Source of the DNA: an uncultured Verrucomicrobiales bacterium
Lineage (GTDB): Bacteria > Verrucomicrobiota > Verrucomicrobiia > Verrucomicrobiales > DEV007
Direction: 5' to 3'
DNA length: 53,334 nt
Assembly (NCBI GenBank): GCA_938091905.1
Contig: CALKOM010000035.1
Coordinates: 1 to 53,334, forward strand
The notes under the pieces were generated by a model, which was not told the DNA's origin, did no database searches, and saw only the letters and a program-made list of their open reading frames with translations. Below, piece by piece: positions 38,924 through 48,708 of this stretch. Each line of letters opens with the position of its first letter. Within the stretch, counting starts at the first letter, position 1. Position numbers and translations under genes: made by a program.

Positions 38924-40903
38924 ATGGGTACGGCAGCTCCAGAATTCGGGAAAACGTGCCCTAAGTGTGGGTTTGCGTGGGAACGCCCTGGGTTGGCGAT
39001 CTGCTCGCGCTGCGTTCTCTCGACTCAGTTCGAAGGCGGCGAGGAAGATGGGGTGTGTTTGCCAGGAGAGGGCAGGTTCGAAGGCGAACGCGCTCATTTG
39101 GTGCCGGGTTATGTGATAGGAGAGGTGTTGGGAAGAGGGGGATGTGGTACCGTATACAAGGCTACCCAGACCGCGTTAGATCGACCTGTAGCGATCAAGT
39201 TTCTTCGTCAAGACCGTGCGGTTTCTCGACAGGGGTTGGAAAGGCTTCAAGGAGAATCTGTGAGTCTCGCGCAGTTGCAGCACCCACACATTCTCTCAGT
39301 CATCGATTCCGGAGAGATTAGCGGGGAAAGTTATATTGTGATGGAGTATGCGTCGGGAGGTGATTTGCGTGGGATGATGCGTGACGGTCCGCTACCTCAT
39401 GAGAAGGTGGTGAGCGTGATCAAAGAAGCGGCCTCTGCGTTGTCCCAGGCTCATTCTGAAGGCTTTGTTCATCGGGATATCAAGCCAGAGAATCTCTTGT
39501 TGGATCGTGATGGCCGTGTGCGCGTGGCCGACTTTGGGCTGGCGGCATCTTCCGAGGGATCGGCGCATCTGGGGCTAGCTGAATCGTCCGTGGGTACGCC
39601 GGTTTACATGGCACCGGAACAGCGCGGGAAGGCAAATGCTGAGCAAGTGGACAAACGGGCGGACATCTACAGTCTTGGGTGCCTCGCCTACGAGATGCTT
39701 ATGGGTGGACTTCCAAGCAATGATCCGAGTCCACCTTCAGCTAGGTCCGGCATTCCCAAAGCGGTGGATGCCCCGGTGTTCAAGGCGATGGCGGTGTCAC
39801 CTGGGGAGCGCTACGAGACCGCCGATGTGTTTGCCATCGCGCTTGAAGACGCCTTGCTCAGCAGAACGGCAGGCCCGCAGATTCTGTGGGCAGTGGGCAC
39901 TGGCTTATTGGCGCTCGTGCTGGTAGTCGCTTGGGGTGTTGCGAAACCCATGAGAATGGGAGAGCCCTCTCTGCCGTTGAAAATGGTGTCGGTGCCTCCA
40001 AAGCTCTACTGGTCAGAAGCCGAGATTGCTGAACAAAGGGATAGGTTGATGCAACAGTTGAAGGCTGCACCAAAGCCGGTCGGTGTTTCAGTGAGCGAAA
40101 TTGTAGCGTGCTATGATAGAGGGCTTGATGATACCTCTGCTTCTAGCGGTGAACTTGTCTGGGGGAAAGAGGGGGCTGTTCGTCTTGTTCAGCGCTACCT
40201 GCAGTCGAAGAGGGCTGAAGGTGAAGAGGCGTGGTTTGATCGTGAGGTGGACTACTTGTATGAAGGCGTCGTGTCGCGAGAGAGGGTTCGTGAGACCCTG
40301 ACGAATGATCAGTCGATCTGGCCGCAGCGTTGGCAGTATCTTCAAGAATCTCCCAAGGTTACGGAAACTCCGGAGGGGCTCATTGAGGTGCGTGTTCGCT
40401 ATGTTTATCTTGCGTTGAATGCGAGGCGTTTGCGCAAATGGACACTGCAGCGCTGTTACGGTATCAAAAAAGGGTCTAACGGAAAACCTGTGATCTCGGC
40501 CTTTCTCAATGACGAGGTGCGTGAGAGAACGCCTCTCACGAAAGCGGAGCGGCACTTTCTGCTCATGCATTTCTGTGAGAATTACTATAAAGCTGGGTGT
40601 GCGCGTACAGATTTAGATCAGATCAATTTCCTCAGTGACCCGACGTATTATATTGATGCGGATCGGTCGCTGACCGAGATCAATCAATCCTTCGAGCACT
40701 ACTATTTGATCCGTCCGAATCGAAAGCTAACCTTGTTAATCATGCCGGAAGTTGAGCGCTTGAGTGAGGATCTTTACCTGGCCGCTTGTCGCTTTGAAGC
40801 TAGTCGAGGAGAAGGTAAAGGATCTGCTGAAGTGACGGACATCATCCAGATCCTCTTCACAGACGATGAGCCTCACATGGTCTACGTGAAGCCGATCAAC
40901 TAG
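38924..40903 (+). CDS. Membrane Ser/Thr protein kinase with extracytoplasmic domain
   Basis: N-terminal CPKC..CSRC; LGRGGCGTVY, VAIK, HRDIKPEN, DFG, GTPVYMAPE and DIYSLG; TM helix ILWAVGTGLLALVLVVAWGVA. Confidence 0.93.
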   Translation: MGTAAPEFGKTCPKCGFAWERPGLAICSRCVLSTQFEGGEEDGVCLPGEGRFEGERAHLVPGYVIGEVLGRGGCGTVYKATQTALDRPVAIKFLRQDRAVSRQGLERLQGESVSLAQLQHPHILSVIDSGEISGESYIVMEYASGGDLRGMMRDGPLPHEKVVSVIKEAASALSQAHSEGFVHRDIKPENLLLDRDGRVRVADFGLAASSEGSAHLGLAESSVGTPVYMAPEQRGKANAEQVDKRADIYSLGCLAYEMLMGGLPSNDPSPPSARSGIPKAVDAPVFKAMAVSPGERYETADVFAIALEDALLSRTAGPQILWAVGTGLLALVLVVAWGVAKPMRMGEPSLPLKMVSVPPKLYWSEAEIAEQRDRLMQQLKAAPKPVGVSVSEIVACYDRGLDDTSASSGELVWGKEGAVRLVQRYLQSKRAEGEEAWFDREVDYLYEGVVSRERVRETLTNDQSIWPQRWQYLQESPKVTETPEGLIEVRVRYVYLALNARRLRKWTLQRCYGIKKGSNGKPVISAFLNDEVRERTPLTKAERHFLLMHFCENYYKAGCARTDLDQINFLSDPTYYIDADRSLTEINQSFEHYYLIRPNRKLTLLIMPEVERLSEDLYLAACRFEASRGEGKGSAEVTDIIQILFTDDEPHMVYVKPIN

Positions 40904-41682
40904 CAACAGGCTCGTGCTGCTGCCGTAAGAAATCGCCGATGCGCATCGATTCGGTCTGTAAGAGCGAATTCTGATGGTGTTTCGAAGGTGAGTGTCCGTT
41001 CGGCTAATTTGTTGACGTAAAAGAAGACGGCTTCTGGTAGACCGGGGATATTCCGCATGTCCAATCGCTGCCGGTAGAGGACGCCGTCCTTGGCCTTGCG
41101 GCCATCGATTCTCTTTCGTCCATCGATCGGCAGGCGTTTGTTAGTAGCTTTGGCCAGCAAGGCTCGTCCCGTGGCATCGCTTCCCGTGCGATTGAGATCA
41201 TAGAGATACGCGCCCTGTGCGTCATAGTCCTCGTGGAGGCAGATTGCCGTATGGAAGAGGAGGCCCTTGACGGCGGCGCGGACTTCGCGGATTGGCGAGA
41301 CTTTGACTTGATCAAAGATGCGATTGAGATCTCGGCCTTTACCATCAACGCGATGATTCTCCGCGATACCTAACGGATTAAGACAAGGAAAGAGGAGGAT
41401 TGGGCGGTTCCCTAGAGGTTTGTAGCCACCCTGGAGAAACCATTCTAACAATCCCCAAGGTGGTGCGGGTTCGTCTCCATGAATACCGGTGGAGACGTAG
41501 AATCCAGGAAGGTCGCTTGGCTTGCCATTACCGACTTGAATCAGAGGGAATCCATCTTTCTTTCCAGGGGTGGCCACTTGAAATGGGGTGCCCTTGATAG
41601 CTTTTCTCCAAGCTCTCAGGAGCGCTCGAACGTCATGTGCGCGGTGCTGGCGGAGATAGTTGTACCCACGCGGTTCTGCCAT
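40900..41682 (-). CDS. M14 family zinc carboxypeptidase (MpaA/AstE-like)
   Basis: GIHGDEP, NPLG...R, DLNR, CLHED and TFETPS; likely start MAEPR at 41682. Confidence 0.85.
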   Translation of the reverse strand: MAEPRGYNYLRQHRAHDVRALLRAWRKAIKGTPFQVATPGKKDGFPLIQVGNGKPSDLPGFYVSTGIHGDEPAPPWGLLEWFLQGGYKPLGNRPILLFPCLNPLGIAENHRVDGKGRDLNRIFDQVKVSPIREVRAAVKGLLFHTAICLHEDYDAQGAYLYDLNRTGSDATGRALLAKATNKRLPIDGRKRIDGRKAKDGVLYRQRLDMRNIPGLPEAVFFYVNKLAERTLTFETPSEFALTDRIDAHRRFLTAAARACC

Positions 41683-41689
41683 GACGATG

Positions 41690-43075
41690 TTAGAGTTCGT
41701 TGAGCAGGCGGTTGTGAATGCCGCCAAAGCCACCATTACTCAAGACGACGATGGTGTCGCCGTCTTGGACGAGTGGCTTCAGCCTAGCGATGATTGCATC
41801 GACACCGGGCTCGTAGTAGCAGTCTTTTCCTGCAGCACGGACGGCAGCGACCACCGCTTCTGGGTCGAGTCGATCTTCTGGTTTGAACTTCTCAGGTGCA
41901 GAAATCGGGGGAATGAGCGAGCCATCGGCTTCTGCTAGGGCCTCGCCTAGTTCTTTTTGAAAGATGTTTCTCTGGGAGGTGTTCGACCGCGGCTCGAAGA
42001 CTGCCCAAATCTTCCCGTTGGGATACTGGTTGCGCATTGCCTGGATGGCCTGGGCGATTGCGGTTGGGTGGTGGCCGAAGTCGTCGATGACTCGAACGCC
42101 CCGCACGATGCCTCTGACCTCCTGACGACGGGCAATGCCTTCGAACTTGGCCAGTGACCCTTGAACCTTTTCTTGGGAGAGTCCGGCGTGACGTGCGGCT
42201 GAAACAGCCATCGCTGCGTTCCTGACATTGAATTCGCCTGCCATGGGGACTTCGTAGCGCTCTCCTGCAAGGGTAAAGGCTGAACCGGTTTCCGAATAGG
42301 TGACGCCCGTTAGCCGGCGGTCGCAGTCTTTACCAAAGCCGACTCGACTGACAGGCGCGGGGGCTGAACTGGCGACGTCAATGCAGTTGGCATCATCACC
42401 ATTGATAAACGCGATGCCGTTGCGGGGGACGATGTTGAGCAATCGCCGGAAAGACAACTTTATTTCATCAAGACTATCATAGATGTCAGCGTGATCGAAC
42501 TCGATGTTGTTGATGATGACGACTTCGGGGAGATAATGCAGAAACTTTGAGCGCTTGTCGAAGAACGCTGTATCATACTCGTCCCCCTCGAGTACGGTGT
42601 GCTGACTTTCGGTAAATTGAGCCCCAACCCCAAGATTCTTTGGGAGGCCGCCAATCATGAAGCTTGGGTCGAGACCGCCGTCCAGCATGATCCAAGCGAG
42701 TAGTGAGGTGGTCGTGGTCTTGCCGTGTGTACCAGCGACGACGTGGTTGCTCTTTCCGCGAAGGAACTCTGTTTTAAGAATCTCTGGCAGAGACACATAG
42801 AGGAGCTTTCTTTCCAAGACAGCCTCAGCTTCTTCGTTTCCACGGCTGATGGCATTTCCAATGATAACCTGATCGGCCGAAGCAGGAATGTTCTCTGCCG
42901 CAAATCCAGAGGTGATCTCAACGCCTTGGTCTAACAGAAAGGTGGACATGGGTGGATAGACGTTGCTGTCTGAACCCGTGATGGTGTGCCCACGCTGCTT
43001 CATCGCCGCCGCTACTGAACCCATTGCCGTGCCGCAGATCCCCACGAAATGGAAGTGTTTGCTCGTGTCCGCCAT
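41690..43075 (-). CDS. mpl: UDP-MurNAc:L-Ala-gamma-D-Glu-meso-DAP ligase
   Basis: GICGTAMG, GSD..VYPPMS, GNAISRGN, AGTHGKTTT, EGDEYDTAFFDKRSKF, DDFGHHPTAI, FEPRSNT and SNGGFGG. Confidence 0.95.
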   Translation of the reverse strand: MADTSKHFHFVGICGTAMGSVAAAMKQRGHTITGSDSNVYPPMSTFLLDQGVEITSGFAAENIPASADQVIIGNAISRGNEEAEAVLERKLLYVSLPEILKTEFLRGKSNHVVAGTHGKTTTTSLLAWIMLDGGLDPSFMIGGLPKNLGVGAQFTESQHTVLEGDEYDTAFFDKRSKFLHYLPEVVIINNIEFDHADIYDSLDEIKLSFRRLLNIVPRNGIAFINGDDANCIDVASSAPAPVSRVGFGKDCDRRLTGVTYSETGSAFTLAGERYEVPMAGEFNVRNAAMAVSAARHAGLSQEKVQGSLAKFEGIARRQEVRGIVRGVRVIDDFGHHPTAIAQAIQAMRNQYPNGKIWAVFEPRSNTSQRNIFQKELGEALAEADGSLIPPISAPEKFKPEDRLDPEAVVAAVRAAGKDCYYEPGVDAIIARLKPLVQDGDTIVVLSNGGFGGIHNRLLNEL

Positions 43076-43126
43076 GATTGGCCGGCATCCTAGAGCAGAA
43101 GGTGCGTTTGGCAATCAGAGACCGTT

Positions 43127-44164
43127 CTAAGGCTGCACGATGCCAGTAGAGTTGCTAAGAATTGCTCCTGCGAAGCTGGCCCCGCTTAACCTCGTCTCGC
43201 GGAAGTCAGCTCGATCGAGGCGGGCGAAACGGAAGTCGGAGCTTCGTACGTCTCCGCGCCTGAGATCCACATAAATCATGATTGCCCATTTGAAATCCGC
43301 TAGGGTTGCGATTGTGCGATCCATGTTGGAGTACCGAAGATCGGCTGAACTGAAGGAGGTTTGGGTCAACAAAGCGCTGTGAAAGTTGCTGTAGCTGAGC
43401 TGAGCGCGGATGAAGCTCGCTCTGGTTAGGTTCGCGAGGGTAAACCGGCTGTTGTAGAGAGTGGCGTCTACTGCCGAAAAGCCCTCGATTTGAGCCTGAG
43501 AGAAATCAGCGCGCGTGTAGAGGACACTTGCGAATTGAGGCTTCGCGAAATTGACGAGTGTGAAGCGAATATCTTCGCCTTTGCTGGCTTGGAAATTGAT
43601 ATTGTCGCCGGACGCTTCGTTGAAGTTTGTTCGGTCTAAGGTGGCTCCTGCAAAGATGGCGGAGGTCAGTCTGGCGTCGTCCAGATTGGCATCCGTTAGA
43701 TCGGCTTCGGCGAAGTTCGTCCCGGTGAGGTTATAACCCGAGAGATCGAATCCAGAGAAGTCTCGACGGCTAAGATCGTCGTGACGGAAGATCGTCTCCT
43801 TGTCCAGGCTAGCCACGAAACGATAGAGTTGCGACCGCGCCGTTAGCCCTCGTTTCACGGTGGTGTAGCGTCGTCGCGAGTTTGGCTGCCCGCCTGCGAA
43901 ATCTAAAGTCGCACGGAATACGGGCTGAGTACTTCGCGTCCAGTGGCGTCCGCCATCGCCGCTCGTTTCCAAGTGATAGGTCGGCAGCAGGAGGGTATGC
44001 GCGTTCTTTTGTATTGGCTGCGGTGTGTAGCGGATCTGAACCAGGTTGTCTTTGGTGATGACCAAACGGATGTCCGTTGGTAGGGCCGTGTCGGGAGACG
44101 CCTGGATCGGTTGCATCCAGAGGCCTACGGACAGGAGGACCGAGAAGAACGCGGCTTTCATCAT
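43127..44164 (-). CDS. Secreted pentapeptide-repeat protein
   Basis: Signal peptide MMKAAFF...; long A(D/N)(L/F)xx repeats in the C-terminal half. Confidence 0.88.
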   Translation of the reverse strand: MMKAAFFSVLLSVGLWMQPIQASPDTALPTDIRLVITKDNLVQIRYTPQPIQKNAHTLLLPTYHLETSGDGGRHWTRSTQPVFRATLDFAGGQPNSRRRYTTVKRGLTARSQLYRFVASLDKETIFRHDDLSRRDFSGFDLSGYNLTGTNFAEADLTDANLDDARLTSAIFAGATLDRTNFNEASGDNINFQASKGEDIRFTLVNFAKPQFASVLYTRADFSQAQIEGFSAVDATLYNSRFTLANLTRASFIRAQLSYSNFHSALLTQTSFSSADLRYSNMDRTIATLADFKWAIMIYVDLRRGDVRSSDFRFARLDRADFRETRLSGASFAGAILSNSTGIVQP

Positions 44165-44391
44165 CGGGAAATTAGACGAAGAATTTCCGCAGGTCTTCAT
44201 TTTGTCTTCTAATTGGCCATAAGTCGTTGTTTGGTAGTGGGTTGTGAATTTTGTTTCTTGTATGCACGTATTCTTCGTTGTCGACTGCTCTCAATCGTGC
44301 GAGCCTCGGTTTAAATGAGCAGTTCGAAAGGAATTTCCCAGGAAGAGGTGAAGGGGTGAGGACCAAGGCGCGTGTAGCGGCTCCTTAGAGG

Positions 44392-45528
44392 ATGGACTGG
44401 AATCAGATCAATCAGTTGGTGAACTCTCCGGTCGTCCTATGGGTCGGCGTGGCCTTTTGCCTCAGCCAGTCAGCCATGTTCTCAGGGTTGAACCTCGCTT
44501 TCTTCTCTCTTGGGCGCTTGCGCCTTGAAGCAGTGGCTGAGCAAGGCAACGAAGGGGCTCGGCGTATCCTGGATCTTCGTCGGGATTCGAACTTCCTCCT
44601 GTGCACGATCCTGTGGGGGAACGTTGCGGTCAACGTGGCCCTAACCTTGTTGTTGAAGGCTGTGTTTGGAGCAGAGGGCGCCCTCATGGCATTCGCCTTC
44701 TCAACCGTCGGCATCACCTTCTTCGGAGAGATTATCCCGCAGGCTTATTTTTCAAGGCATGTGCTCAATGTGGCTTCACGGTTGGCTCCAATCATCCGCA
44801 TCTACCAGTTTCTCCTCTACCCCTTAGCAAAGCCTAGCGCCTTTATCTTGGACACGTGGATCGGCAAAGAGGGCCCTAACTACATGCGTGAACGTGATAT
44901 CGAGATCATTCTTCACAAACACATTAATGAGGTGGACTCCGAGATCGGTGAAACGGAAGGCCAGGGAGCTCTCAACTTCCTCGACCTTGATGATCGGAAG
45001 GTGATCTCTGAAGGCCAAGAGATCGACCCCGACACGATCCATGCGTTTCCTGTGAAGCTAGACCTGCCGATCCTTCCCCAGTACGGCGAAGATGGGTCGG
45101 ATGAGTTCATCGAGGAGCTGAAGAAGAATGACAAGAAATGGCGAATCATCGTCGATGAAGCCACGGGGCTTCCATTACTTGTTTTGGAAGCCGAGGCCTA
45201 CGTCTATTCGATTTTCTCTGAGGACGACGACCTCGATATCTACGAGGACTGCCATCGTCCTATCATCGTGACGGATCCGAGTGTCACCCTGGATAAGGTG
45301 CTGGATCAACTCCAGGTAGACGCCGAGCATCGGGATGACTTGGTTGTGGATGATGACGTGATTCTCTTCTGGAGCGAGTCTAGCAAGCGAATCATCACGG
45401 GTGCGGACATCCTCGGGCGCCTGCTCAAGGGGATTGTGCGGCAAACGATCACCGATGAGAAGCCAACAGCATCTCCTGCGCCAGCAATCGAGACTTCGGT
45501 CGAAGAAGCTTCTGTGATCAAGGGTTAG
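44392..45528 (+). CDS. CNNM/DUF21 domain membrane protein (CorB-like)
   Basis: SAMFSGLNLA, LLCTILWGNVAVN and FGEIIPQA; degenerate CBS-like C-terminus. Confidence 0.88.
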   Translation: MDWNQINQLVNSPVVLWVGVAFCLSQSAMFSGLNLAFFSLGRLRLEAVAEQGNEGARRILDLRRDSNFLLCTILWGNVAVNVALTLLLKAVFGAEGALMAFAFSTVGITFFGEIIPQAYFSRHVLNVASRLAPIIRIYQFLLYPLAKPSAFILDTWIGKEGPNYMRERDIEIILHKHINEVDSEIGETEGQGALNFLDLDDRKVISEGQEIDPDTIHAFPVKLDLPILPQYGEDGSDEFIEELKKNDKKWRIIVDEATGLPLLVLEAEAYVYSIFSEDDDLDIYEDCHRPIIVTDPSVTLDKVLDQLQVDAEHRDDLVVDDDVILFWSESSKRIITGADILGRLLKGIVRQTITDEKPTASPAPAIETSVEEASVIKG

Positions 45529-45584
45529 GGAGAACGCTTTGCTCCAGAGATTGCCTCGCCCGATATAGGGTATAGGATTGGGGT

Positions 45585-48500
45585 GTGAAGGTTCTGAGTT
45601 TCTTACTACTTCTGGTCGGCACAGCATCCTGGTCGCTAGCCGACCTACCGGCGATGCGGCCGCAAGAAGGGCTGCGAGAGAACGCCCCAAACGTTCATGC
45701 CCTGACCAAGGCGCGTATGGTGCCTCGACCGGGAGAGGTCATCGAGTCGGGCACCATATTGGTTCGCAATGGCCTCATCGTAGCAGTTGGTTCGAATGTG
45801 CCGATCCCTGAGGATGCGAGAATTTGGGATCTAAGCGGGCTGACGATTTATTCAGGATTCATCGACGCCTACGCTCAATTTGGAAAAGAGGTAGAGTCAC
45901 CCAAACAGAACCAGCCAGCTCATTGGAACACAGAGGTATTGCCTCAACGTTCGGTCTTAGATGCGGTGACAATTTCTCAAGACGACGTGAAGAAGCGCCG
46001 GGAGCTGGGTTTCACGACCGCGCATCTGGTGCCCACTGGAGGTATCTTCTCTGGTAAAGGCGCCGTGGTCCAGATGACGGCGCCTGAAGCCGCGAGTTTC
46101 GTGTTGAAGCGGCGGGCGTCGCAGCATCTTGCGTTTGTGACCCTGGGGAGCACGTATCCCAAGTCACTCATGGGATGCTTGGCCTTGATCCGTCAGACGC
46201 TTTCGGATGCGGATTGGTATCGCCGGTATAAGCAAGTCTACAAGCAACATCCTAACGAGATTCGACCGGGAGAGCACGTCGCGCTGAATGCTCTTGCTGC
46301 TACCGTTAGTAGGAAAGAGCCAGTCTTCTTCCACCTTGGAGATGAGGCCGATGTACAGCGTGCGCTGGCAATTGCTGATCAGTACAAGTTGCGTCGAGTG
46401 TTGGTAGATTCGGGACACGGCTATCGGCAAGCGAAGCGATTTCGTCGCAGTGGAACCGAATTGGTTCTATCGATAGACTTCCCGGAGGCACCTATTGTTT
46501 CAGCCCCCGATCGAGCCCTAGATGTTTCGCTCGAGAAGATGCAGCACTGGGAGCAAGCTCCCACCAATGCCGCTGTCCTTCACGAGCGTGGGGTGAAGTT
46601 CGCGCTTTCAACGCACCGGTTAGGTTCGAAGTTGAACGAATTCTGGCCGAATGTTCGCCGCGCGATTCAGCATGGCCTTGATGAACAGGCTGCGATCGAA
46701 GCCCTGACCAGCGCACCGGCACGGATGCTAGGCGAAAGTGCTCGGCTGGGAGAGATTTCCAATGGGCGGCTTGCGAATTTGGTGGTGACGGACGGCAATC
46801 CATTCCGTGAGAAAGAAGCGAAGATACGCCAAGTTTGGGTTGATGGGCATCCTTGGTACAGTGCGCTTGAGCGTGCTGAGGATAGTCCAGTGGGCACCTG
46901 GGAAGCGGCCTGGACAGGAGTGATCGGGCCGGAACGCCTGGTGGTGAGCGGCTCTAACGAAAAGCCTAAAGTGAAGGTCGGAGACGATGGTGCCGCCGTT
47001 GATCTAGTCATGGCCGGAAGCGATGAATTCAGCTGCACCTTGTCTTCCAAGCATTTCGGGTTTGAGGAAGGCCAGGTTCGACTGAATGCCTATCTCAATG
47101 CCAAGACCATGGTAGGACAAGGGGTCTTGCCTGATGGGCAACGTCTTTCCTGGTCGGCCAAACGCCTGCTACCGGAGGACCACAGTGCGAAGGAACAGAA
47201 GCTGCTTGAAGCGATTTCGCTGAATCCTGTAGATCAATACCCTGCCGGGGCCTATCCGGGTAAGTTGCCTGGGATGAATCTCCGGAAACGTCGGGTTTTC
47301 ATTGAGAATGCGACGATCTGGACCTGTGGGCCTCAGGGTATTCTGACTAACGCTAATGTTGTCATCGAGGATGGGCGGATTATCGCGATTGGGTCAGAAG
47401 TTCAAGCGCCGAAGCGTTCTTACACGATCGACGGTAAGGGCAAGCATATTACGCCAGGACTTGTAGACTGCCATTCTCACACGGCAATCAGTCGAGGTGT
47501 TAATGAAGGTTCTCACGCTGTTACCTGCGAGGTCCGGATAGGAGACGTGCTCGATCCGACGGATATCAGTATCTACCGCCAATTGGCAGGGGGCTTGACG
47601 ACAGCAAACTTGCTGCACGGCTCGGCCAATCCCATGGGGGGCCAAAGCCAAGTCATTAAGCTGCGCTGGGGGCACGATGCCGAAGGTCTTAAGCTTATAG
47701 GGGCGAAGCCTGGGGTGAAGTTTGCCCTTGGTGAGAATGTGAAACAATCAAACTGGGGTTCTCGTTCCAACAATCGCTACCCGCAGTCCCGAATGGGCGT
47801 GGAGCAATTGATGCGTGATACATTTCTGGCAGCGCGCGAGTATGGCGAACGCAAGCAGCATCATGCTGAGCAGGAAAAGGCTGTTCCCTTTCGCTCAGAC
47901 TTCCGCCTAGATGCGGTGTTGGAGATTCTCCGTGGGGAACGCATTGTACATATCCACTCCTACCGGCAGGACGAAATCTTGATGTTTGTCAGATTGGCTC
48001 AGGAATTCGGATTCACGGTGGGCACCTTTCAGCATGTCTTGGAGGGATACAAGGTGGCGCGTCACCTGCGTGAGATCAATGCGGGGGCATCGACCTTTAG
48101 CGATTGGTGGGCCTACAAGTTTGAGGTGTATGATGCTATTCCCTACAACGGAGCGATGCTGCACAGTGCTGGGGTGATCACCTCATTCAATTCTGACGAC
48201 AATGAGCTGGCAACGCGCATGAACACCGAAGCGGCCAAGGCTGTCAAATACGGGGGCGTTTCGCCTGAAGAGGCACTCAAGTTCGTCACGATCAATCCTG
48301 CGAAACAGCTTCGGATAGCGAACCGGATAGGTTCATTAGAAGAAGGCAAAGATGCAGATTTCGTGGTCTGGAGCGGACCACCGCTTTCGACGTTGTCGCG
48401 TTGTGAACAGACGTGGATTGATGGCGTGCCCTATTTCCAGCGATCGTCACAGACGAAACGAAGGCGATGGGTCGAGGTCGAGCGTCGACGGTTGGTCGGA

Positions 48501-48698
48501 AAGATTCTGAAGGAATCCGAAGGTTCAGAGAAAGAAGACAAGCCTAAAGATGATAAGGCCGAAGAGACACAGAGTATTGCCGAGCGGCTCCGTCTACTGA
48601 GTCCGTGGGGACAATATCAACAGATTGACTATCAGAGTCTTTATCATGATGGTCAGAGCCTCCATGCCTGCACCGGGTGTTATTGTGAATTCCGCTAG
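45585..48698 (+). CDS. Secreted two-domain amidohydrolase-family protein
   Basis: Signal peptide; first barrel GFIDAY...YPKSLMG; second barrel PGLVDCHSH, KFALGENVK, IHSYR, FQH, NSDD and GSLEEGKDADFV. Confidence 0.9.
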   Translation: MKVLSFLLLLVGTASWSLADLPAMRPQEGLRENAPNVHALTKARMVPRPGEVIESGTILVRNGLIVAVGSNVPIPEDARIWDLSGLTIYSGFIDAYAQFGKEVESPKQNQPAHWNTEVLPQRSVLDAVTISQDDVKKRRELGFTTAHLVPTGGIFSGKGAVVQMTAPEAASFVLKRRASQHLAFVTLGSTYPKSLMGCLALIRQTLSDADWYRRYKQVYKQHPNEIRPGEHVALNALAATVSRKEPVFFHLGDEADVQRALAIADQYKLRRVLVDSGHGYRQAKRFRRSGTELVLSIDFPEAPIVSAPDRALDVSLEKMQHWEQAPTNAAVLHERGVKFALSTHRLGSKLNEFWPNVRRAIQHGLDEQAAIEALTSAPARMLGESARLGEISNGRLANLVVTDGNPFREKEAKIRQVWVDGHPWYSALERAEDSPVGTWEAAWTGVIGPERLVVSGSNEKPKVKVGDDGAAVDLVMAGSDEFSCTLSSKHFGFEEGQVRLNAYLNAKTMVGQGVLPDGQRLSWSAKRLLPEDHSAKEQKLLEAISLNPVDQYPAGAYPGKLPGMNLRKRRVFIENATIWTCGPQGILTNANVVIEDGRIIAIGSEVQAPKRSYTIDGKGKHITPGLVDCHSHTAISRGVNEGSHAVTCEVRIGDVLDPTDISIYRQLAGGLTTANLLHGSANPMGGQSQVIKLRWGHDAEGLKLIGAKPGVKFALGENVKQSNWGSRSNNRYPQSRMGVEQLMRDTFLAAREYGERKQHHAEQEKAVPFRSDFRLDAVLEILRGERIVHIHSYRQDEILMFVRLAQEFGFTVGTFQHVLEGYKVARHLREINAGASTFSDWWAYKFEVYDAIPYNGAMLHSAGVITSFNSDDNELATRMNTEAAKAVKYGGVSPEEALKFVTINPAKQLRIANRIGSLEEGKDADFVVWSGPPLSTLSRCEQTWIDGVPYFQRSSQTKRRRWVEVERRRLVGKILKESEGSEKEDKPKDDKAEETQSIAERLRLLSPWGQYQQIDYQSLYHDGQSLHACTGCYCEFR

Positions 48699-48708
48699 TC
48701 CAATAAAG

